A stretch of 40,664 nt of DNA, from assembly GCA_029939135.1 (NCBI GenBank), contig JAOZTP010000002.1:1-40664 (forward strand). The letters run 5' to 3'. Position numbers and translations under genes: made by a program. This DNA is from Desulfobacterales bacterium (GTDB lineage Bacteria > Desulfobacterota > Desulfobacteria > Desulfobacterales > JAFDMD01). The notes beneath the pieces are model-generated. The model made no database searches and was not told the DNA's origin. It saw only the letters and a program-made list of their open reading frames with translations. Shown piece by piece: positions 9,329 to 16,869 of the stretch (positions are counted from its first letter, which is position 1; the number at the start of each line of letters is the position of its first letter).

Positions 9329-10393
9329 TCAATCCCGATTCCAATTTAAACTACCATCACACATAATACACCCATAAATCCATGAGTTTTCCAAGTCATG
9401 TCCAGCTATCAGTTCATTGCAGTATCCGCAATGTTCAGGTTCGTCAAGCAATTCTAAACAATTAAGACATAAATAGGAATTATCAAATGGTATAGCAGAA
9501 GGAGCGGCTGAATATTCACAGTTGCCACAATAAGCTTCTAAAGGTTCTTCTTTATAATATCTACCGGGGGACAATTCTTGAAGAAGAAAATCAACATCTG
9601 AAACAAACCCACACTTTTGACACTCGCCGCATCCTAAATCTTCAACTTTAATATTTGTTTTACATTCAGGACAAGCGATAACTAAAAAATTACTGCGCAT
9701 ATTACATATAAGGCATGTGCAAGAAAATAATGGATTATAAGTATCATCCACCTTCGCGGCATCAAAACTGCAAAAATAGCAGGTTTCATATTGAATGCCA
9801 TTCTTTTTATCCTTGCAAATAGCAGATTTCATTTCTTCGTATTTTGCGCGTAAATATTTTTTATGGCGCTGCATTAAATGGTTAAGTTTTTCAATTTCCT
9901 CTGAGTAATCTTTAAAAATCGCTTTCCATTGATTGATAAGTAGCAAATGAAGATAAAACCACGCCGCATACTGTTCCGGTATAACTTCTTTGAGAGTCAG
10001 ATTGTCTGGTTTAACTATATATTTTTCATGGAAAAAATGAATAAGTTTGTTTCTATGATTTCTAACACTTTCAAAATATTGTTCCGCTTTATTTTCAATC
10101 TTTTCCCCAGAAATATTGTTTAATCTCTTGATGGTTTCCTTCATACTGGCTGAATGGAAATCGCCTGCTTGAAATTTTGAAAGATTTGCATTCTCAGGTT
10201 TTGCAACTATTAAAGACCAATGTTCAACCAGGAGACGAGCTTTAAAAAATAGTTCTATGGCAGAACAAAAATGAATGACTGAATACTTTGGCGATTTATC
10301 TAACTCATCAACAGATTTTTTTAAAAAGTCTATAGCGTTACGAGTTAGGCTATCAAAAAAAATTTGTAGATTTATCGACTTTTTTTTATTCAT
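9329..10393 (-). CDS. HEPN-like (Rx4H) N-terminal domain fused to a C-terminal array of at least 4 zinc ribbons
   Basis: The track starts at TTG 10399; ATG 10393 with GGGAA upstream is the likelier start. The N-terminal helical domain carries VRNHRNKLIHFFH (R116-x4-H121 in track numbering). The C-terminal 170 aa contain 8 or more CxxC pairs (CYFC, CLIC, CPEC, CGEC..C, CGNC, CLNC, CGYC, CIMC). Confidence 0.6.
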   Translation of the reverse strand: MNKKKSINLQIFFDSLTRNAIDFLKKSVDELDKSPKYSVIHFCSAIELFFKARLLVEHWSLIVAKPENANLSKFQAGDFHSASMKETIKRLNNISGEKIENKAEQYFESVRNHRNKLIHFFHEKYIVKPDNLTLKEVIPEQYAAWFYLHLLLINQWKAIFKDYSEEIEKLNHLMQRHKKYLRAKYEEMKSAICKDKKNGIQYETCYFCSFDAAKVDDTYNPLFSCTCLICNMRSNFLVIACPECKTNIKVEDLGCGECQKCGFVSDVDFLLQELSPGRYYKEEPLEAYCGNCEYSAAPSAIPFDNSYLCLNCLELLDEPEHCGYCNELIAGHDLENSWIYGCIMCDGSLNWNRD

Positions 10394-10508
10394 TCGCAAT
10401 TTCCCGTTAACAAGTTATTGTGCATGTCTGTATATCTTGAATAATATTAATAATTTTATTGTCAAACAGATAGCCGTTTATGTTGGGTTTTGAGAAGCGA
10501 CGCCCAAA

Positions 10509-11348
10509 CTACTTTTTCTTTTTACTTTTTCGGATAATCTTCCTTTTGGCTTCGGTTATAGGAGGCGGAATATCAGCGCCGATTATTTTTTCTATGGCGT
10601 CAAAGCGTTTCGGGCATGCCTTAATGCAGGTTCCGCATTTTATACATTTTCCCTGGTCTATTATATGAATTATATTTTTTGCTCCGTCTATTGCGTCTAC
10701 AGGGCATTGTTTAACGCAGATTCCGCATGCTTTGCATTTATTCGGGGTAATATAATATGAGGGGGCATCTGCAAATAATCGTTCTATTTCCTCCGCGGTA
10801 AAAAAATCTTCATATTGAGAGGGGTCTTTAAGAATGGTTTCAAGTTTTTCCTTTTTCGCTATTTTAATATAAGGGATAAGTTTTGAAATTTCTTTAAGTT
10901 TATCTTCAATTATATTCGGGTCTTTTTTTTCGGCTTTGCCGATCGGTCCTATTTCTTTTATTTTGTTTGTAAAATTATTAACAATTTCTGCAAACAGATT
11001 TCCTTCGCCGGAAGACATAAAGTCTATTTTTAATCTTTCCGGGTTTAACCCTATATATTCCATTATTTTTTTCAATAAAAGGGTTATATTTAGAGCATGA
11101 TAATTGCCATGCGTGGTATAATTGCATTCGTTAAGACGGCATCCTCCTATAAAGACTCCGTCTATTTTGTTTAAGAAGGCTTTTATTATAAATTCCGGAT
11201 CGATTCTTCCGGAACACATTACGCGGATAAGTCTTATTTCCGTATTATATTGTAATCTGGAAACTCCAGCGAGGTCGGCGGCGCCGTAGGCTCACCAATG
11301 GCAAACAAAACCTAATATTCTCGGTTTGAATTTATGTTTGGAGCTCAT
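10509..11348 (-). CDS. bamF: MvhD-like domain fused to a 2x[4Fe-4S] ferredoxin, selenocysteine-containing (BamF-type subunit of class II benzoyl-CoA reductase)
   Basis: The track ORF (10509-11219) starts mid-domain. The frame continues upstream through TGA (11292-11294) to ATG 11348, giving [51 protein letters not shown]. In the canonical MvhD motif (CNWCSYxGADLAG) the U position is Cys. The C-terminus has CKACGICVKQCP and CIKCGTCIKACP. Confidence 0.8.
11257..11269 (-). promoter_or_regulatory. Candidate bacterial SECIS apical hairpin for the bamF UGA
   Basis: On the mRNA, CUGGA-GUU-UCCAG (5-bp stem, G-first loop) starts 22 nt after the UGA. This geometry is compatible with bacterial SECIS models. 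Found by eye only. Confidence 0.35.
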
Positions 11349-11395
11349 TATCTTTATATCTCCTTTAGTTAAATTTCATTGTATAGCTTCATAAT

Positions 11396-11445
11396 TTGCC
11401 CGTTTGCGGCGGTTAAAATTTTTTTCGCCTTGCAAACGAACAAAT
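11396..11445 (-). repeat. Family B palindromic element, short (centre-deleted) copy, between bamE and bamF
   Basis: TTTGCCCGTTTGCGGCGGTTAAAATTTTTTTCGCCTTGCAAACGAACAAA contains both conserved arms (GCAAAC..GGCAAA and TTTGCAAGGCGAA) but lacks the central GGAATACATGTAGTATTTCGAGG core. Confidence 0.5.
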
Positions 11446-11687
11446 CACTTTGCTATCCAACAAAATTTTATCATTATTTTTTATAATTAAGGATTTGCTA
11501 TATCTCCAAGATATTCAAAGTTTTTTGCGTAAACGCAAACTGTTTGAAAGTTGCGCAAAGCGCAGTTGAAAATCCCAAGAGGCAAGCAAAAGCGAAGCAA
11601 ACAAACTTGAACGTCTCTGTTTTTTGCAATTAAATAATATTTGCTTATAATTTAAAAAAATCTCTTTTATTATTTCCCCGTTTTTGA

Positions 11688-14600
11688 TTATGCCGCCGCT
11701 TCTATTTGGCTTATGATTTCTTTATCCGTAAAATGTTTTAAACTTATTGCGCCGGTAGGACACTTTGCGTTGCAAAGTCCGTCTCCTTTGCAAAGAATAG
11801 GGTTAACAAAAGCCTTTCCGCCTCGTTTTGTTTTGCGTAATTCTATGGCGTTGTATGAGCATATGGATATGCAGGCTTCGCACCCTATACATTTTTTTTC
11901 ATCTACTTCGCAAACGGAACCGGAAACCGTAACCATATCGCGAGAAAGCAGGGTTAAAACTCTGCCTGCGGCTCCGTAAGCCTGACTGATTGTTTCGGAT
12001 ATATGTTTCGGGTAATGAGCTGTTCCGCAAAGATAAACTCCGTCTGTTCCGAATTCTACGGGTCTTAATTTTACGTGAGCCTCTTTGAAAAAACTATCTG
12101 GTCCTAAAGGAACTTTAAATAATTGAGATATTTTTTTATTATCTTCCGGCGGAATAACCGCCGCCGCCAAACCGATTATATCCGCGTTTATGGCAATTTT
12201 TCTGTCTAATATATAATCATGTGCGGCTACTCTTAATCCTTTGTCTATGGCTTTTACCTCCGGAGCGGCTTCCGGTTTGTAGCGGATAAATTTTATATCC
12301 TTATCCGCGGCTTGCCTGTAATAGTCTTCCTTAAAACCGTAAGTTCTTATATCTCTAAATAAAATGTATATGTCGGCGCTTGGGTTTATCTCTTTTAGTT
12401 TAAGTCCGTTTTTAATAGATTCGGAGCAGCATATTCTACTACAGTAGTTTCTATCCTCGTTTCTACAGCCTACGCATTGAATTATTACGATATTTTTTGC
12501 GTTGATTACGGTTTTATCCCGTTTATCTATTAAATCTTCCAATTGAAGATTTGTTACTACCCTTTCATCTTTCCCGTAAAGATATTCTTTCGGTTTATAT
12601 TCCTGCGCGCCTATAGCAATTACCGTCGCCCCATGTTCTATTTTTTCGGTTTGGTTTTTATATTCTATTTTGGTTTCAAAATTTCCCACATAACCGTAAG
12701 CTTCGGTTATGTCAGCCTCTATTCTTACGCGGATTAAAGGATGTTTATAAATTTCGCTTATAAGATTATCCATATGATTTCTAATATCCAAATCTTCCAA
12801 TAAGTAACAGATATTTTTTGCAACGCCTCCAAGCTCTTTATTTTTTTCTATAAGATATACGGGATGATTTTGCTTGGCTATGGAAAGAGCGCATGTCATT
12901 CCGGCTACTCCGCCGCCTATTACTAATGCGGTTTTATTTACCGGAAGGTCTATTTCCTTTAAAGGCTCAAGATGCGCCGCCCGCGCCGCAGACATTTTAA
13001 TTATATCTTTTGCTTTTTGGGTCGCATCCTCCTTTTCTTTGGAATGCACCCAAGAGTTATGCTCTCTTATATTAGCCATTTCGCAAAAGTATTGATTGAT
13101 TCCGGCTTCTCTTAAGGTATCTCTAAATAACGGCTCAAGGGTTCTTGGCGAGCATGCCGCTATAACTACGCGGTTTAACCCTTTCACTTTTATTGCTTCG
13201 GTTATCTCTTTTGCGGAATTTGTAGCGCATGAAAAAAGCTGCTCGCAGGCATAAACAACGTTAGGAAGGGTTAAAGAGTATTCAACGGTAGAAGGAATAT
13301 CTACGATTCTTCCTATGTTTGCTCCGCAATGGCATACAAAAACGCCTATTTTCGGCTCCTTTTCGGCTTGATCGATTTCAGGCGGATAGATTCTTTCTTC
13401 GGTAAGTTTATCTCTTCTGTAATTAAGAAGTTCGCCGCATTGGGAGCCTGCGCCGCCCGCGCTAAAAACCGATTCCGGAATATCGGAGGGACCGCAAAAT
13501 GCGCCGCTTATAAATATTCCCTCTCTTGTCGTCTGCATTGGATTGGATGAGTCCGTTTTGCAAAATCCGTAAGAGTTAAGCTTTATTTGAAATTTTTCGG
13601 CTATTTTACGATGATCCGCCGGCGGATTTAATCCTACAGACAACACCGCCATATCAAATTCTTCCTCTTTTACTCCGTCTTTAGGATCGACGTATCTTAT
13701 TATTATATTTTTATTTTGAGGATTTTCTTTTACTACTGAAGCGTAGCTTCTGATAAATTTAACTCCGGGAAAATTCTCGGTTCTTTGGTAATATGTTTCA
13801 AAATCTTTACCGTAAGCGCGAATGTCGTTATGAAATATTACACATTCTGCGTTTTGATTATGTTCTTTTGTTAAAATTACCTGTTTTTGAGTGTAAGCGC
13901 AGCATACCGCAGAGCAATACGGATTATCTCCGGCGGTTACTCTTCTTGAGCCTACGCATTGAAGCCAGGCTATTTTACTCGGATGTTTTTTATCGGAGGC
14001 TCGCAGTATTTCCCCTTCATAGGGTCCTGTTGCGCATAAAATTCTTTCAAAATCAAGAGATGTAACCACATTTTGAAACTCTCCGTAGCCATACCCGCCT
14101 TTTATTGCGGGATCAAACGCTTCATATCCGGGAGATAAAATAACGGCGCCTATTTTTATTTCTGCTTTCTCCTCTTTTTGATTAAGGTCTATAGCGTTAT
14201 TTTTACAAACTCCTTCGCAGATAAGGCATTTTTTCTCTTTAAGATAAAGGCAGCTTTCATCTATGTATGCGATTAAAGGAATTGCTTGAGAAAAATATAT
14301 ATGAACCGCTTTATTTTCCGATATATCCTGATTGAATTTATCCGGGTATTGAACGGGACAGTATTCTACGCAGGTAGCGCAACCAGTGCATTTTTCCTCT
14401 ATTATATATCTCGGTTTTTTTATTAAGGTTGCTTTAAAATTCCCCGCTTCTCCTTCTATGTTTTCAACTTCCGCAAATGTTATAACCTCTATGTTAGGAT
14501 GCCGGCCGACCTCGACCAGTTTAGGAGCGAGTATTCACATGGAGCAGTCGTTGGTAGGATAGGTTTTATCCAATTGAGCCATTTTACCGCCTACAGCGGG

Positions 14601-14762
14601 ACCTTTTTCAATAAGATAAACCTTAAAGCCAGCGCCCGCAAGATCCAACGAGGCTTGTATGCCGCTAATTCCTCCGCCTACTACCATTACGTCCGCATAA
14701 TTCTTTTTTTCGGTTTTACAAAGTTTTTGAATTTTTTCTTTTATTAGTCGATTCTTATTCAT
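11688..14762 (-). CDS. bamE: Long HdrA-like FAD/FeS protein, selenocysteine-containing (BamE-type subunit)
   Basis: Track ORFs 14535-14762 and 11688-14069 are in the same frame. I translated the 465 nt between them and found no stop. The only interruption is TGA 14535-14537, inside ..[20 protein letters not shown], where canonical HdrA has CSMC. Other features are a GGGISG FAD motif, a second VIGGGVAGM domain, and several CxxCxxCxxxCP clusters. Total length is 1024 codons. Confidence 0.85.
14504..14517 (-). promoter_or_regulatory. Candidate SECIS apical hairpin for the bamE UGA
   Basis: On the mRNA, GGUCG-AGGU-CGGCC (5-bp stem including one G-U pair, 4-nt loop with G at position 2) begins 17 nt after the UGA. 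Found by eye only. Confidence 0.3.
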
Positions 14763-14865
14763 TATTTTTTTCCGTTTAAATATTTCTATTCATGGAGTTT
14801 TTATCTATTTTTTTTCTCTCTTCCATCTCCGGTTTTGAGTTTTTAATTGAGTTATTTTAAGGTTT

Positions 14866-16017
14866 TTAAAGCGCCTCTGCAATTACCTCGCTAATCTCTT
14901 TAATCTCTATCTGTTCGCTTCCCTTAACGGTTAATTTGCTGTCTTCAAAATTGGCTACGCAGTATGGGCATGCCGTAACCAATACTTCGGCGCCGGCATC
15001 TATTGCCTGTTGTAATCTAATGTCCGAAAATCTTTCTCCTTTGGATGTCTCCATCCAAATTCTGCCGCCTCCGCCTCCGCAGCAAAGGCTATTTTCCTTT
15101 GTTTCTTCCATTTCAAGCAGTTTAAGTTCCGGTATCTGTTTTAATATTTCTCTCGGCTCATTATATATGCCGTTATGACGTCCGAGATAACAGGGATCAT
15201 GGTATGCGACCTTTTTATTATATTCTTTGTTAATTTTCAGTTTCTTATTTTTGAAAAGTTCCAATAAATATTCGGTAATATGTATAACTTCAAAGGTTGT
15301 CATAAATTCCGGGTATTCGTTTTTAAGGGTATGATAACAATGTGGAGAGGATACGAGAATTTTTTTTACGCCGTTGTCTATAAATGTTTTTATATTCTCT
15401 TTTGCCAATTTTTCAAATAGCTGTTCGCCGCCGGTTTTACGGATGCTTTCCCCGCAGCAGTTCTCCTTTTCGCCCAGTATTCCGAAATTTGCTTCAGCTT
15501 TTTTAAGAATTTTTGCCGTAGCCGCCGCCGCTTTTTTTAATCTCGGATCGTAGCTGTAATAACAACCCGTAAAATATAATAGTTCTGTTTCCTCATCAAA
15601 TTTTTTTATCGAAAGCTCCTTTGCCCAGTCTCCCCTTTTTTTTCTATCTTCGTTAAACGGATTGCCTTCTCCGGTAAGGCTTCCGCTTATTCCGCGAATT
15701 GGAGCGGCAGAAGCGGGTAATATATCATATTCTGCGGCAATCTTTCGCAGCGCTAGTCCGGATTCTATTTGTTGAACATCTCGGGGGCAATGAGTCGGGC
15801 ATTTTCCGCAAGTTGTGCATAGCCATAAATCTTCGCTTTCTATGTCGGTAAAGCCGAATGCCGCCTCCCGAACTATTTTGCGCATGCTAAAAGGGCGGAC
15901 TTTATTCCACGGGCATACTATATCGCATAATCCACATTGAAAGCATTTTTTAAAGGCTTCGCCTCCGCTTGCTTTTATCATATCTGATATTTCTTTATAA
16001 TCGGATAAATTTTCCAC
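14866..16017 (-). CDS. bamD: HdrD-like FeS protein with two CCG domains (BamD-type subunit)
   Basis: GTG start preceded by GAGGA. It has CFQCGLCDIVCP and CTTCGKCPTHCP ferredoxin motifs plus CCG motifs (NCCGES, LCCGGGGG). Confidence 0.8.
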   Translation of the reverse strand: MENLSDYKEISDMIKASGGEAFKKCFQCGLCDIVCPWNKVRPFSMRKIVREAAFGFTDIESEDLWLCTTCGKCPTHCPRDVQQIESGLALRKIAAEYDILPASAAPIRGISGSLTGEGNPFNEDRKKRGDWAKELSIKKFDEETELLYFTGCYYSYDPRLKKAAAATAKILKKAEANFGILGEKENCCGESIRKTGGEQLFEKLAKENIKTFIDNGVKKILVSSPHCYHTLKNEYPEFMTTFEVIHITEYLLELFKNKKLKINKEYNKKVAYHDPCYLGRHNGIYNEPREILKQIPELKLLEMEETKENSLCCGGGGGRIWMETSKGERFSDIRLQQAIDAGAEVLVTACPYCVANFEDSKLTVKGSEQIEIKEISEVIAEAL

Positions 16018-16113
16018 TTTTTTCCTCTATTTAAATTTCGCTTGAAATATTATATATATTCCTACGGTTAAAATAGAATATTAAACGTTTCATCTGTTTG
16101 CAATTTCAATTAA

Positions 16114-16150
16114 GGGATTTCTCCTCGCTACGCTTGTCGAAATGACAAAC
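16114..16150. repeat. Family A half-site (GGGATTTCTCCTCGC..GTCGAAATGACAA)
   Basis: GGGATTTCTCCTCGCTACGCTTGTCGAAATGACAAAC, in the bamC-bamD gap next to the family B copy. Confidence 0.65.
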
Positions 16151-16209
16151 AAAAACATAGCCATACGGGTTTTCCCTCATTTATATTCGTATTCGGTCAA
16201 AATTTATCT

Positions 16210-16329
16210 GCATAACGAAGCAGTTTGTTTGCAAGGCGAACATTTTTTTTAACCGGAGGAATACATGTAGTATTTCGAGGATTAAAAAAAATGTTCAACG
16301 CCGCAAACGGGCAAACTGCTTCGTTATGC
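16210..16329 (+). repeat. Family B long imperfect palindrome (full copy) between bamC and bamD
   Basis: The outer arms GCATAACGAAGCAG (16210-16223) and CTGCTTCGTTATGC (16316-16329) form a perfect 14-bp inverted repeat. The core is TTTGCAAGGCGAA..AACCGGAGGAATACATGTAGTATTTCGAGGATT..TTCAACGCCGCAAACGGGCAAAC. The bamC stop codon (16324-16326) lies inside the right arm. Confidence 0.75.
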
Positions 16330-16866
16330 CGCGGACTTTACGGAGATTTGAGCTATAGAATCTATTACTTGCTCTAATCCGTATTTATCTGCCAAAGCTT
16401 TTAATCCTGTTTCCAATTCGTCGGACATAAGCGTATTTTCAATTTTTTCCTCCGCCTCTTCATAAATCAAAGCGTCCGTTATGCACCATTTAACGCATAA
16501 AGGCTCATCTTCTCCTTCGCACATGTCGCATTTTAAAGGAAGTCCGGAATCAGGCTCTTTAAATTCCTCTCTTGAAGGGCATGATGCTCGGCAAAAGGCG
16601 CATTCCTCATACTCTTTTCCATCTATTATATATTTGTCTCTGCCGGCGCATTCCGCCGGAGTATATTCCCCCGCATAAACAGGAATGTATATGTCCGCCA
16701 ATGGCTCACGGATTACCCGAATACGCGCCCTTGCCGGATTATTGGAACTATATTTCGGCAAAGCGTGAAAAGCGGAGCATATCATTTCGCAAGCTTTGCA
16801 GCCGTTGCATTTATCAGCGTCTATTTTTATTCTTTTTATTATTTTTTTCTCTTTTTCAACCTTCAA
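16324..16866 (-). CDS. bamC: 4Fe-4S cluster protein (BamC-type electron-transfer subunit)
   Basis: TTG start 3 nt after the bamB stop, with GGGAGG 8 nt upstream. 180 aa, Cys-rich: CNGCKACEMICS, CAFCRASCP, CDMCEG..PLCVKWC. Confidence 0.8.
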   Translation of the reverse strand: MKVEKEKKIIKRIKIDADKCNGCKACEMICSAFHALPKYSSNNPARARIRVIREPLADIYIPVYAGEYTPAECAGRDKYIIDGKEYEECAFCRASCPSREEFKEPDSGLPLKCDMCEGEDEPLCVKWCITDALIYEEAEEKIENTLMSDELETGLKALADKYGLEQVIDSIAQISVKSAA

Positions 16867-16869
16867 GGT

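Noticed and set aside
10400-10508. Sigma70-type promoter for the HEPN gene (TTGACA on the minus strand at 10460-10465)
   Set aside because: No acceptable -10 hexamer lies at 16-18 nt spacing; the best candidates are TATTCA and ATTCAA. In DNA this AT-rich such matches are expected by chance, so I did not call it.
11688-14762. Treating 14535-14762 (75 aa) and 11688-14069 (793 aa) as two separate genes with a 465-bp intergenic gap
   Set aside because: Both lie in the same frame and the gap has no stop. The gap encodes conserved HdrA ferredoxin-like sequence. The single TGA sits at a conserved Cys, so one Sec-containing gene explains the data better.
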